64,000 bases of DNA from Octopus vulgaris (GCA_951406725.2 OX597817.1:39680001-39744000); one strand, 5' to 3'. Positions 26,601 to 40,549 are shown, counted from the first letter of the stretch. Numbers and translations are program-made. The notes: generated by a model not told the origin, from the letters alone.

Positions 26601-26759
26601 TGGTTGGTCCAGTCATGGAACAGCTGTCCATGATATTAATGAATAAGTGGCTGAACACTCCACAGACATGCTTACCCTTAACATAGTGCTCAGGGAAATT
26701 CAGCGTGACACAGGATGTGACAAGGCTGGCCCTTTGAATTACAAGTACTACATATTTCT

Positions 26760-26992
26760 TATTTCTTTATTGCCCACAAGGGGCTAAACATAGAGGGGAA
26801 AACAAGGACAGACAAAGGGATTAAGTCGATTACATCGATCCCAGTGTGTAACTGGTACTTAATTTATCAACCCCGAAAAGATGAAAGGAAAGTTGACCTT
26901 GGCGGAATTTGAACTCAGAACGTAACAGCAAATGAAATACCGCTAAGCATTTCGCCCGGCATGTTAACGTTTCTGCCAGCTCGCCACCTTTG
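26760..26992 (-). mobile_element. SINE family B with 15-bp TSD, nested in another SINE
   Basis: TSD gtactaca(t/c)atttct at 26745-26759 and 26993-27007. Confidence 0.85.
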
Positions 26993-27170
26993 GTACTACA
27001 CATTTCTGCCAGGTGAATAGACTGAAGCAATGTGAAATAAAATGTCTTGCTCAAGGGCACAAAATGCCACCAGGTATCAAATTCAACCATATGATCTTGA
27101 CTTGACTACCCTAAGCACTTAGCCATGAGCCTTCACTAGATATGACTTTACATTCTAAAGAGGTTTTTAA

Positions 27171-27874
27171 CCCTTTCGATAGAGCTGCAATGCTGTATGG
27201 GAATGAAACATGGTGTCTGAGGGAGAGAGAGAGATGGTAATTTTGAGAAGGACTGAGAGAGCAACGGTGAGAGAAATGTGTGGGATGAAGCTGTTTGATA
27301 AGAAGAGGACTGAGGATTTGATGGGAGTGCTGGGGTTGGAGGAATTGGTGGAATGGTTGGCAAGAGCAAATAGAGTGAGGTGGTATGGGCATGTGTTGAG
27401 GAGGGATGAAGGGCATGTTTTGAGGAAGGTGATTGCGTTTGAAGTAAATGGAGCGTGAAAGTGAGGAAGACTGAGGAAAAGGTTGAGGGGATAGTTGGAG
27501 GAGGAGATGGGGGGGTTGAAAAAGGAGGATGCCCAAAACTGGGCAAGATGGCGAGATGGTATGAGGATGATTGCTATGGCATTGAGGTAGATCTGGCAAC
27601 CCCAATTAACAAGGACAAAACCCAGATTTAAAACGCTGGATGATGATAATCATGACAATGATACCAACCCAGCTGAAACTGCCTCTGGCTCTGTAATACA
27701 AATGTCTTGTTTTTATAAGTTCTGAATTAAAATCTTCAACCAAACCTCAGTCACAATTTATGTTCCTAACACTCTCTTAATGATAACTAAATTATTTTAC
27801 TAAATATTTTGTTATATTTAAAATTAATTGAAAGAAATACAGAGCATCTCAAAAGAAATATGATAACGAAAGGG
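27171..27874 (+). mobile_element. TTAA-target MITE family 1, split by the RTE fragment
   Basis: TTAA|CCCTTTCGATA at 27171; body resumes GATACCAACCCAGCTGAAAC at 27660 and ends GAAAGGG|tcaa. Confidence 0.82.
27182..27659 (+). mobile_element. 3' fragment of an RTE-clade LINE (pseudogenised)
   Basis: AMLYGNETWCL...MCG...RVRWYGHVLRRDEGHVLRK...GR..KR...EDAQNWARWR with one frameshift and stops; (TGA)n-like tail. Confidence 0.88.
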
Positions 27875-28308
27875 TCAATAGCTTGCTGGCAACTTATCCC
27901 ATTTGATATCAGACATAATGTATAAAGTTTTTCCAATTATTTTCCTTCATCATTCATTTTGTTGTCTTTCATTTGACTCTTCAATTTTGAAGAAATTTGT
28001 TTGCAATTTCTGTTGTGTCTGGGGAGAGTCATTTTCTTTTTGTGCCTTGTAATGTAACACGCTCACCGGTAAAATTACCACTTATTTCTTATTTTTATTT
28101 TCCTAAAATTTTCATTGCGTCTTGCAACCTTTTCAATAGTCTTGACTTTGTCCATTATTATTTAATATTCATCCATTCATTTATTTATTTATTTATTTCA
28201 TATACTGACAGTTATTCATTTAATGTTGATTTATTTATTTAATTTACCAACAGTTATTGATTTGATATTTATTTATTAATCTATTTAATTTATTTATTTA
28301 ATTTATAG

Positions 28309-28635
28309 ACAATCTGCACCGAGGTGAAAAATAACCATGTTACACTGGACAACTTAGAAGAAGATGCAAAAGGTCTTGTCCAAAACTTCCGTTCCAGGGA
28401 GACAGCTGCTTTAAAGTCTAAATTGGTAACAATCCGTCGACAATGGCAACAACTTGTAAATAAGGCTGATGACTATAAGTCATCATATACTGGTAGTGTT
28501 TCTCATTGGAAGAAATACAGTCTGTTACTAGAGCAATTATCACCATGGGTAGAATCAGCACAGAAGTATTGCTCCCAAGAAGTGCCAAAATGTTCCTCAC
28601 TTGATGATTCTACACAATTATATAAAGATCATCAG
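28309..28635 (+). CDS. SYNE1: Spectrin-repeat exon 2 (109 aa, phase 0/0)
   Basis: atttatAG|aca; TICTEVKNNH...QNFRSRETAALKSKLVTIRRQWQQL...YKDHQ|GTattt. Confidence 0.92.
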
Positions 28636-31600
28636 GTATTTATATATATTGATATCTCTAATGTTTAAAATGCATCATCATCATCATCACCACCACCACC
28701 ACCACGTGTCTATTTCCCATGTTGGCATGGTTTGGACAGTTTGACAGGAGCTAGTAAGCCAGAGAACAGCATCAGGCTGTGTTGTCTGCCTTGGCATGGT
28801 TTCTACAGCTGGATGCCCGTAGCTTATATATGAAAACAATTATTATGGTATATAATAGGATACACTTGTTTATGTGTATCTGAAATGGACAGGTAGAGAT
28901 AAACAGAAAGAATAGGCTGTGACTGCGAAGACCCAACAAATGAGTTCATGGCTGTTTCCTGCATCAGCTTCACAAAACCAGCCCCAGCCCATCCATAGTA
29001 CCTTGGATCACAGGACAGCCTGCTGTACTTACTTTGGATCATAGGGCAACCTGCTGTACTTGAGGAGACCTATTGAGTCAAGTACATCAACATCAAAATA
29101 AAAATCAGATGGAAATTGTAGTTGTGATACCTGTGCCGGTGGCACGTAAAAAGCACCATCCGAATGTGGCTGATGCCAGTGCCGCCTTAACTGGCTTCCA
29201 TGCCGGTGGCACGTAAAAAGCACCAACCAATCGTGGTTGTTGCCAACCTCCCCTGGCACATAAAAAGCACCCACTACACTCACGGAGTGGTTGGCATTAG
29301 GAAGGGCATCCAGCTGTAGAAACACTGCCAGATCAGACTGGAGCCTGGTGCAGCCTCCTGGCTTCCCAGACTCCGGTCAAACCGTCCAACCCATGCTAGC
29401 ATGGAAAATGGATGTTAAATGATGATGATGAAGATGAATATTATGAATGTTATTAAAGCGAAGATAGTCACTGCTTCTTCGATTGTTTCAGTGTTGGCCT
29501 TCCATACAACATCAGCACCATACAGCATTTTTATCTCTCAATGTCCCCATCTGCCTGGTTATAAATACGTATCATTGAGAGATCGATATGGATTTTCTAA
29601 TCAGGAATTTCATCCATATTTGATTCATTTTCAATCAAAACACATTGAATTTTGCCCTTGGTAAATGCACCTAGCACACTCTGTAAAGTGGTTGACATTA
29701 GGAAGGATATCCTACCATGCAGACCATGCCAAAACAGACAATTAGAACTCGGTGCAACCCACTGGCTGGCCAGTTCCTGTAAAATCATTCAATCCATACT
29801 AACATGGAAAACAGATGTTAAATGATGCTGACAAGAACCAGTGTGTGTATGTTTATAATTGGCGTAATGTCCTTCCTAAGATACAACAAAGTATGTTTCA
29901 ACACACAAGTTCTCATCAAGAATCTTGCAAACCAAATATAAAACCTTGTATATTTACTTAGGCAAATCCAGACATGTTTTACTTTACTGATGAGGTCAGA
30001 ATAAGATAAAAACATGGCTGGAATTATTTCCTACTCTTACTAGAAAAATGAAAATGATATTAGTCGTAGATTAACATATTTTTACCTTCACTGTATAATT
30101 CTTTTTAGTCAAGTTCTTAACATTGCCCATATATTAAATATATTAACACTAACTTAGCTATTACTTTTCATATGGATGGTATCTTTGAATTATTAGATCA
30201 GCCATTGTTTGTCAGATTTTATTAGAGTCAATTTAATATCGCAGTGTACTGACCACTGTTATTATATTGTACCAAACAGCTGGAAAGTTGATTATCTCTT
30301 GCACAGTTTTTAAAGGTTGCCAACAATGCTATAGTTGGCCACTTCTTAATCTTAGAAATACTGCCTGAATCTGTTCAGTAATAACAACTATTGCCCTTAC
30401 TTTCTAGTTATTCCAATACATAAATTTTTTTTTAATATCTAAGATAGAAAATTATTGGCCTATTAACTTGACATGTATAGCATGTATGGAAACTATAATT
30501 AATGAAATTTTAATAAAATTCCTTTGCGAACATGGATGGAAGATACTTCAGTCGTTTACCAAGAGTTTTGCAAAGGCTTTTAATATAGTATGTCTCAACA
30601 AATTACTATTTATTGTCATCATCATCATCATCATAACCACCACCATCACCATCATCGTCGTCATTATCATCATCATCATTGTGTTCATTGCCATTTTAAT
30701 GTCCACTTCTTTTATTGCCTGCATGAGTCGAACAGAATTTGTTGCATGGGTCAGAAAGAATTCTTCATTCGGAGGCCCTTTCTCTTGCCAACTCTCACCT
30801 GTTTCCATGCAAACTTAATATTTCTCCATGACTAGACATGTTTTCACAAAAGATTGGAAATGAATGACACTGCTTATATGTTGGTAACTCTCGTTTACAA
30901 CTATCATGTGATGTCAAGACAAGGAGACACAAACACACACACACATATGATGGTCTTCTTTCAGTTTCTGTCTACCAAATCCACTCACAAGTCTTTGGGT
31001 GACTCAGAGCTTTAGTAGAAAACACTTGCCTAAGGTGTCATGCAGTGGGACTGAACCCAGAACCATGGACATTATGATTAGTAATAAATGATATTAATCG
31101 TATGACTGAATTACCTCATCCTCTGTGTGTGTGCATTTGTGCGTGTCCCCATGTCCTTCTTTTGATATTGCATAATGGTTGTGCACAGGCATCACCTTCA
31201 TACATGTTACTATCATTCATTTCCAGTCTTCTATGAAAGACCTGTCTAACTTGCTTGGAAAAGGGTGAGAGCTGGCTGTAGAAAATCTGACTCAGCAAAT
31301 TCCATCTGAGCCATGCAGACATGGAAAAGTAGTCATCAAAACAAGTCATGATGATGATGATGATGTTTGGTGTAGGAACAAATCATTGGCAACTTCACTA
31401 TCTTCACAATCTCACATCCAAATATTGCATGTTTAATACTTTTTTTAATATACAAAAAGCTTCTTTTTTTTTTTTTTTGTTACTACCTTTGTATTTAATG
31501 CCACTTTCAGGCATCCACAATGCATCATTTTGTATGATTCTTTTTTGAACTACATTTGTGAATAAAGTGAATTTAGTTGAAACTCACTGATTGAAGCCTA

Positions 31601-32058
31601 AACATTCTATATGAATAATGAAGTTAGTGTTAACATAGTTAATAAACGGAGTTAATTAGAAATAATGATTCAATGAAGCAAATGTAGAATTAATTAATTA
31701 CTAATATTATATTCATTATTTTGATAAGTACAACAGACAGCTCCAGACATATTTTGGTCTTATTATGTCCTCATTTGTGAAGCATACACTTCATTTTACT
31801 TATTGAATTAGTGATGAAGGAATCAATAAATAAATGTATAAGAATATACAATGGTTGGGGAAGAAGAAAATGGAATTGTTTACAGAATGAATAATTCAAA
31901 GGTATCTGATGAATTGATGATGGAAATGAACTGGGTGGTTCTTGGACAAATTTCTTCCTGAATGATTGCTTGCTTGGTTCTTCTTTTATTGCTACAAATG
32001 AAAAAAAAAATAAGGCTTTTATGTAACATTTTTTTAATTTGCCTTTATTTTGTCTTAG

Positions 32059-32370
32059 ATTTTTATTCAAGAATATGAAAAACATTCTATCATGTTTGAG
32101 ACACTGTGTACTGAAGGTCTACGAGTAACTAACCAACCAGAAGTTATCCAACAAATTGACCAACTTCAACAACAGCTAAATGAAATACAGAGTGCCACCG
32201 AGAGACAAACTAGTGAGATAGAAGAAAGACAATTAGCTTTTGTCACATTAGCAAATAATATAGAAAAGTTCCAGACTATCATCCATAAATATGAATCTAA
32301 GCTGTATGTTACACCTGTAATAAACACAATTGATTTACAGATTCTTAACCATGAGTTAGCATTAAGTAAG
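32059..32370 (+). CDS. SYNE1: Spectrin-repeat exon 3 (104 aa, phase 0/0)
   Basis: tgtcttAG|att; IFIQEYEKHSIMFETL...ELALSK|GTaagt. Confidence 0.9.
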
Positions 32371-32439
32371 GTAAGTTGATTGTTGTTTGTGTCATTCTAT
32401 CATTTATTTCTCATCTTTGAGTTAGAACTGCAAGTCAAG

Positions 32440-32880
32440 GATGAATTCTTTTATAGAGGAATCATTAAAAACACTCTTGGCTCTAATTTACAATAGAATC
32501 GTTTGAACGATAAATGATATATCTAAAAATGCAAATGTGTTAAGGAAAGAAAGAATTTTATTCATAAATAATTCATGATTTGGAAATATACCTGAATAAC
32601 AAAGGCATCAAAGCAATGTAATGCAAATTGTGGGGAGTGGCATATGATCTGAATAAAGAAGTGGTTTGAGGTATCTTTAAGATATAGATATAGAAATGGG
32701 TCAAAGAAAGACCTTGTAAATGGTATAAAAGAATATTGAATTAATCAAATTTGTACTGTAGTATGATTAATTCTGGATATTCTAACAGAAATATGAAGGA
32801 ATATCTAATATAAAGGAATCTGACTACATTAAAGTTGTTTGGGCCTTATGTAGCTTAGAATTAAGATTCTTCAGTTGTCA
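32440..32880 (-). mobile_element. Possible very old Penelope RT remnant
   Basis: Scattered minus-strand motifs in PLE order: SKLHK, YLKDT, FRYI, FLDI; heavily disrupted. Confidence 0.3.
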
Positions 32881-33074
32881 AGTCCACCTTGCTTTCTAAG
32901 GATTTTAACCTTAAAATTAATTCATAGCAGTTCTAAATATATACCCAAATATAAAATACACATTGAAAAATTACACAAGAGGAGAAACTATTAGGCTAAC
33001 AAGGAATAAATGCTACAATTACTGTTGAAATTATTGGCTTTGTTGAAAAATGTTCCAAAAATATTGGAAAACTA

Positions 33075-33955
33075 TTGAATTTTTCCTTGCATTAATTTTC
33101 AAGTTGAACTGTAGATTTTCTCATTTCATTCTTCGGATGGCATTGTATATTGTTTTAGCAACAACGTCATGTCTCACCAGGAGGTAGCTCTTTGGTAGCA
33201 TTTTTGGGCAGCTGCTGGTCACATGTGTGATGTCTTCCACAGAAATTTGACATGATCAACATTTTTGGTTGCATTTTGGAGCTTCAACGAGCTTCACTGT
33301 CTGTTTTGTTGATTAGGTATTTTGAAGCAATCTCCTGCTCTTGGATTGCAAATGCATAGTCTTCAAGCTGTGACATAATGTAGTGATTGTGAGTCCAAGA
33401 AAGGCTGCACTTCATGTCAATATTATTGTCATCAAGTGTTCAGGAAATATACCCATACATAATCTTTTTATGGTATGCTGAGTGATTCTCATTCAGGTCT
33501 TTTTTGAGGTATGTTAGCCCTACAGTTTTAGGGTTGTATGGAAGTCATCAGGAAGAAAATGATTTTTGAAGGGCTTAATGTCAAGATATAGCATGTTTTT
33601 TCTCTTCACTTTTCAGTACTAGGTTTATATATTCATTTTTGCTGCTGTTGCTTAGCTGGTGCTATCTGAGAGAGACTATATAACATTCGAAAACTGTTTG
33701 CACTGATCTCAAGTTTCTTACTCCTTCATTTCTTCTTTGGTAAAGCCTGTCAATATTATTATTTCTGTGGAAGCTTCCAGACAATGTCAGGCTCATGTGG
33801 GTTTTAATGTCTATGGAGTGAATTTCCTCCATAAAGCCCAGTCAAGTGTCCTGAATGTTTGTATCAACACTGATACTGTGAATGTATTATGGCATATTGT
33901 CTTGTAAGAAAAGTGTTCCAACTGACATATTTTTCTTAGTCTCGTGTAATATTTT
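33075..33955 (-). mobile_element. Decayed R4/Dong-type (RLE) non-LTR retrotransposon fragment
   Basis: Minus strand reads YYTRLRKI..CHNTF..LDW..IDIKT..GSFHRNNNIDRLYQRRNEG, then FAIQEQEIASKY and a CCHC knuckle KC*SCQISVEDITHVTSSCPKM...RHDVVAKTIY, with stops and frameshifts. Confidence 0.82.
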
Positions 33956-34671
33956 TGTAAGACTCTATATTTATTGGTTTCAAATTTTGGCGCAAAGCCA
34001 GCAAGTTCGAGGGAAGGGGCTAGATGATTATATGACCTCAGTATTCAACTAATACTTAATTTATCGACCCTGAAAGGATGAATGACAAAGTCGACCTCAG
34101 TGGAATTTGAGCTTGGAACATAAGAATGGATGAAATACCTTTAAGTGTTTTGCCAAGCATGCTAATGATTCTACCAGCTTGCCACTATAATTACTCCATA
34201 TTTATTCAATGCCTGGGTATTTATTTGTAGCATTCTTTGAGAGAAAGATCATTGATGCACATGTTTACTGTATGTATGTATATCTATATAAGTGTATGCA
34301 TGTATCAAAATGTAGCTATTTTCTAGTTTTACTTTTTTATTTGTATTTTATAATTTTTATGTATCTTTTGTTTGGAAAAATAAACTTTACTAATTCAACA
34401 TCATGGTATTTCTAGACTTTCACACTCTTCATTAGGATAATAAGTGCTATTGATATGTGTAATTAACTCATGTTTGATTGGTAAATATGATTTCTGTATC
34501 AACAACAAACTCAAATGAAGAAAATAATATTAAAAAACATAAAGCATGTATATTTTTATTGTTTGAAATGATATCTCTCCTTTAGAAATGCATATGGAAA
34601 TTATGGGGAAAATGTTGTCTTAAAATTCTGACATTTCTTTAAAACTCTTTTAATTATTGTTTCTGTTTTAG

Positions 34672-34992
34672 GCCTTGAAGGAAGACATACACAATCAAGA
34701 TAACAATATAGAACCACTTAAAAGTCAGTTCACCAAAGTTAAAGTACATACAGTTCCTGCTGGCATTCCACGACTTCAGGAGTGTGAGAAACAGATTTTA
34801 GATGCTTGGGATAATATCAAAATACTCTCAGAAGACCGCCAGAAAACAATTACTTTAGCTCTGAAATCATCTGAGGAATTTGATGCAAATTTGGCTCATA
34901 TGGAACATTGGCTATATCTGTGTGACCAAAACCTTGCACGAACGTCAGAAATTTATTCTGATGATATTCCAAACGTTCAGCAAGAGTTTAAG
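34672..34992 (+). CDS. SYNE1: Spectrin-repeat exon 4 (107 aa, phase 0/0)
   Basis: ctgttttAG|gcc; ALKEDIHNQ...LAHMEHWL...VQQEFK|GTaaat. Confidence 0.92.
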
Positions 34993-35285
34993 GTAAATAA
35001 GGAATTTTCTTCTTGTTCTGGTTAGGTCATCATCTCATAAGCTTAGAAGGTTGGGAGAGGGGCCCCCAGAGTTCCTTCAACTAGTTTATTTAAAATATCC
35101 TTGAAATTAACCTTTCTGTTGGTTATGCAGATAAGAAGTTGATTTTCCAATCATGTGGTCTTGGGTTTGGTCTTATTACATGGCACCTTGGGTAAGTGTC
35201 TTCTACTATGGCCCTGGGCCAACCAAAGCCCTCTCGGTAGATTTGATAGATGAAAAGTGAAAGAAGCTCATTGTATGTATATATA

Positions 35286-35518
35286 CAGGGTTGACCAAAA
35301 GTCACCCAGCTGTAAATCAAAATTCCATAAATACTATCTGTATTTCTGTATTGACTTGAATGGAAAAATGTGTTGCCGAAGAAGGACTTCAGTTTGAACA
35401 ATTTTCATGATGTTTCATATTTAGATGCTTTCATTAAATTCACTCAGTTGTTAAACAAAAATAAATCTTGGAATAAAATAGTTTTGATTTACTGTCCGGT
35501 GACTGTTGGCCAACCCTG
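35286..35518. mobile_element. Tc1/mariner-type MITE with TA TSD, inserted in the TA tract of a SINE
   Basis: TA|CAGGGTTGACCAAAAGTCACCCAGCTGTAAATCAAAA...TTTTGATTTACTGTCCGGTGACTGTTGGCCAACCCTG|TA. Confidence 0.85.
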
Positions 35519-35897
35519 TACATATATATATATATGCATATGTGTGTATGTTTGTGAGTCTATGTGTGTGTGTACGTGAGTGTGTGCATGGGTGTATGTA
35601 TGCTTCTGTCACCTTGTCTTGACATCACACTATTGTTATAAACAAACATTACCATTATACAAGCAGTGTCCTTTGATTCTAATCTTTTATGAAAACATGT
35701 CTGGTCATAGGAAACCTTGCTTGGAGGCAGGTGAGGGTTGGGCAATAGGAAAGATTTTCTATGGCTGGGTGTCCATAGAAAATCTGCCTTAATGAGTTCT
35801 CTTTGATCCTTACAAATATGGAAATATGGACATCAAGTACAATGAAGTGCTTTACTCAAGGGCACAGTACATGATTCAGTCCAGGAATTGAACCCAT

Positions 35898-36229
35898 GGT
35901 ACATGGACAGACGGTGCTGAAGGATAAGAAGTTGAAACCAAGAAGCTGAATGGACACAATGCCGAGCAGACATAAAGCTGAACGGATAAGAAGCTGAAAA
36001 GATATACGAAAATTAAAATTTAATCATTTAATCTCATTAAATCTTAAGTGACAAATTGGTGAATTGGTCATTAAACTATTTAGGTTGGAAGGTTTTTTAA
36101 AAATTTTATTCTGTCCATTTGGCTTTATGTCTGTTCAGCATTGTCTGTTTGGCATTGTGTCCATTCAGCTTCTTGGTGTTAGCTTCTTGTCCTTCGGCAA
36201 AAGTGCATTCGGCATCCTGTCTGTACACG
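35898..36229. mobile_element. Foldback element with subrepeat-built long TIRs and an 8-bp TSD
   Basis: GAACCCAT at 35890-35897 and 36230-36237; inverted arms of about 110-125 bp made of ~15-bp GGACAnAAnGCYGAA units. Confidence 0.8.
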
Positions 36230-36500
36230 GAACCCATAACCTTATGATCACAAGCTTGTCATCCTACCACTAGACATTGAATTTGATATATGTCAATTTT
36301 TAAATTAACATCAGCTACACTGAGATCATTAATTTCTCTATTTTTTAATTATTTAACCAGTCTCATTGGTTATGGACAGAAATGATCATTTCTCTCTCAT
36401 GAAACAAAAACCTTGTCAGTTATGTATTGTTTTAAATATTTCTTACTGCTTTTTTTTTTAATATCATTTTTATTTATGATTTTATTTTATTTATTTTTAG

Positions 36501-37142
36501 ACAATGCTGTCAGAATGGCATGAGAATAGTTCCAATTACAAGAAACTTTCTTCAGATTTCCAATACTACATAAATAATTGCTCAGAAGATGAAGCAGCAG
36601 TCCTTAAAGAACGATATGATCGACTCTCTGATATTTACCAAAGAGTAAAAGAACTCTCTACAAGCCGTGAAGAAGCATGCCAAAACTGGCTGATGTATGC
36701 TGAAACTAGTAAACAGTATCAGATCAAACTGAAACAACTTCAACAACAATTGTCTTCATCCAATATCAAAGAACCTGAGATCGTTGGAATAATGGAATCA
36801 ATCCAATCTATTGCTGATGAACTGAAAGATTGGAATAATTCCATAAAGGATTTAGATTCTTTGATGAAAATATCATGCCTCACCATAAAAGACAGAGCAA
36901 CACAAAGATCACTTCATTTTCCTTCAGAATTACAGAACATCCAGACACTTTGTAAAGACATACATATGACCGTCAGCAGGAAAGAGGAAAAGCTTGGAGA
37001 AATGAACAAACAGTGGCAAGATTTTAATAATAAGAGGAACAATTTAATTGAAAACCTGGAGTCATTTGAGACAGAAGTGAATTCCCTTTCTGTGGAAAAT
37101 TCTTCATTAAGTGGAGTTACTGATATGATCAATAATATCGAG
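36501..37142 (+). CDS. SYNE1: Spectrin-repeat exon 5 (214 aa, two repeats, phase 0/0)
   Basis: atttttAG|aca; TMLSEWHE...MNKQWQDF...INNIE|GTaaac. Confidence 0.93.
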
Positions 37143-39157
37143 GTAAACTTGTAAATTGCTATTTCTACCCATGTATAAGTTGTACCCTACTTTTTTCGCT
37201 TAAAATCAAGTATAAAATATTACACCTTATACACAAGTAAATATGATATATTATTTGCAAATAATTTGCAGATACAGGTGCTGCCAGTTGAAAGCTCTGC
37301 ATGCCAGGCACTAGCAGGGTTTTTAGGGCCATCGTGTATATGTTATACCCCAAATTTAGAGTTAAGTCTTGTTACAAAACTTTTTCCCTTCTTACTTTTA
37401 GCTTTGCTCCATGTATAAGTTGCATCCCAGTTTTTTTCGTTTTCAATTGAAATCAAGTATAAAATCGTAGGACTTATGCAGAAATAAATACAGCAATTTT
37501 CTTTTACTACCTTTGTTTAATCACCATCATTATCATCATCACTGCTGTCACCACCACCATTGTCATTGTCATCATTCTACATCAGTGTTTGCCATATTGG
37601 TGTGGGAAAAGGATTGGCTCTATTGGTATCTGGACTAGTGAATTCTGAAAGGAAACTTATTTGAATGGGTGTCCATGTGATGCTTTCTAAAGTAGAGATG
37701 TTGGTCTATATTGGATGGATCATTATGCCAGTAATAAACATGCACACTAGTTTCTGTTTCACTTCTTTATTATTATTGTTGTTGTTGTTGTTAGTCAATT
37801 GGTTAACCATTTAAGCAATGTACTAATTGATTGACTATTTGATCAATCAACCAGTTGATTACATTGACCCCAGTGCTTGATTGGTATTTATTTTATCAAC
37901 ATTGTAAAGGTGAAGTATAAAGTCAACCTTGGAGGGATCCTAGCTCAGAAGCACTGGTGCTGGCACCATGTAAAATGTACCCAGCATGCTCTGTGAAGTG
38001 GTTGGCATTAGGAAGGGCACCTAGCCATAGGAACCATGCCAAAGCCGGTAACAGAGCCTGGCACAGTGCTGCCCTTGCCAACTCCTTTCAACTCATGCCA
38101 ACATAGAAAACAGATGGATGAAGAAGACGATGATGATGATGATGGGAAGGATTGGAGGAGAGGAAATACTGTAAAGCATTTTTTCCTTTATGCTTTTGCT
38201 ATTATAGATAGAGAATGCCTGTAAATTGTGTAAACAAGAGAAGGACATTGTGTGTGTATGTGTGTGTGGGTATTTATATATATATCACCGTGATGACCGT
38301 GACCAACCAGGCTATCAGGTGTTGTTGCACATCACTGGTCACCATGTGCTTCACATTGTTTTAGCCTTCAAATGACGCCACCCCGCTGGCTAAGCGAGCA
38401 GGCCAATTTATATATATATATATATAAACATACATATATATATATATATATATGTGTGTGTGTATGTGTGTATGTTTATATATATATATCTCGTCTGGCA
38501 CCTGTGTCGGTGGCACATAAAATCACCCACTACACTCTCGGAGTGGTTGGCGTTAGGAAGGGCATCCAGCTGTAGAAACACTGCCAGACCCCAGTTGAAC
38601 CGTCCAACCCATGCTAGCATGGAAAGCGGACGTTAAATGATGATGATGATGATGATGATGATATATATATATATATATATATATGCATATATGGATATAT
38701 GCATCTGTCTGTGCTTTTGTGTATATGTTTATGTGAGATAATGCATTTGAGTGTGCGTTTGTGCATATATTTATGTGGATATGTGGTATAGTGTGTATAC
38801 ATTTATATCTGCACACCTGTGTATTTGTTATACATGATGTGTGTGGGTCTTTAAGGCTGTGGAATAAATTTGTGTGGATACACACACACACACACTATAT
38901 TCTATTAAATGTTCGTCAAGTGATAGTATTTCGGTGTTATACATGAATACATAAAAGAAAAAAACCAGCTTCTAATCATATTCTTTACACTTGTGTGTAT
39001 GTATATGTGTGTGCATACGTATGAGTGTGCGTGTGTCTGAGAGAGAGAGATGCATACTGTTGTCAATATAAATCCCTATAATCACTGATTATATTCAAGA
39101 GATATTTAAGAGATTAAAGTTGACTCTTCTTTGACCATTTTCTAAATTCATTTACAG

Positions 39158-39478
39158 GAAACCAAGAATGCTGTCTACAAATTCAACCCAAAGTATGAAG
39201 AAATCCGAGAACTTGGTCGACTCATTGTGCAAAATGACAACAACAAATCTGCTGAAGTACATGGCTTGTTAGAACAACTGCATGAATTCTGGGAAACCCT
39301 GCAGGCCCTGTTGCATGAAAAGCACAATTACTATAACAGCCTTTCTGTTTTGTGGAAACAATATTTAGATGCATTGAGTGTTGTGCAGAATATTCTGGAA
39401 ACTGAACAACATTTAGTTGCAGAAAAGGTTTCTTTCACAAACTCTGATAATGTGAAAAATGCTCTTGAACAACGCAAG
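39158..39478 (+). CDS. SYNE1: Spectrin-repeat exon 6 (107 aa, phase 0/0)
   Basis: tttacAG|gaa; ETKNAVYKFNPKYEEIRELGRLIV...LEQRK|GTaagt. Confidence 0.92.
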
Positions 39479-40421
39479 GTAAGTATTTGTGGACATAAAA
39501 ATTTGTTTAAGTCATTATTGATCAACCAAAAGTTTTATTTGGACTCTTGAGGGAGTCTATATCAAGGAATTAGAAGCTAGAATATCAGAGGCCACATGAA
39601 GACTCTGAGTCCTTAACTGTGCCTTCTAGACATAGGCTAGGTTTTATATTAAAATTATATTTATATAACAATTGCAGCATGGAAGGTGTTTATAAGCCAT
39701 TTAAGAAACACACAAAATTAGAATCTAGAATATCAGAGGCCACATGCAGACTCTGAGTCCTTGACTGTGCCTTCCAGACATAGGCCAGGTTTTATATTAA
39801 AAATATATTTATATATATTTGTTGATTATATAATATTACATTTAGTGTGAATATGTGTGTTCAAAGGTGGTGAGCTGGTAGAAACGTTAGCACGCTGGGC
39901 AAAATGGCTAGCAGTATTTTGTCTGTCTTTACATTCTGAGTTCAAATTCCACCAAGGTCAACTTTACCTTTCATCTTTTCAGGGTCGATCTAATCAACTG
40001 GCACCCTCCCCAAAAATTTCAGGCCTTGTGCCTAGTGTAGAAAAAATATGTGTATCCATGTGGTTACTGTGCTGGGCTCATGACCATTAGGTCATGAGTT
40101 CAATTCTTAGACTGGGACAGTGTGTACCTTTGAGCAAAGTACTTTCTTTCACTTTTTTCTAATCTACTGAAGACATATAGGCTAGTGGTCAGGGTGTTGC
40201 ACTCATGATCACCCATGGTTTTGGTTTCTGGACAAGACAGTGTGTTGCGTTCTTGAGCAAAACACTTAATTTCCCTTTGCTCCCATCTACTGTAAATGAG
40301 CAACCCTACGAAGAGACTAGCATCCCATCCAGGGGGAATATTGTGTTCTCGGTCACTTACATGTGGCGTAAAAATTACCCTATGAGCCCTAAGACTTGTG
40401 ATGATAATATCTAGGGGGTCT

Positions 40422-40455
<34 letters not shown>

Positions 40456-40549
40456 GTACACATCTGTAAATAAGTATCAGCTATGTGCTAGTGCAAACCT
40501 CTCTCTCCTGCTCTTAACATCCTGGATATCCTGCCAGGTCAAGGATTTA

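Noticed and set aside
12900-28308. A missed exon in the 15.4-kb intron
   Set aside because: Exons 1 and 2 join in frame and in repeat register, and I found no candidate.
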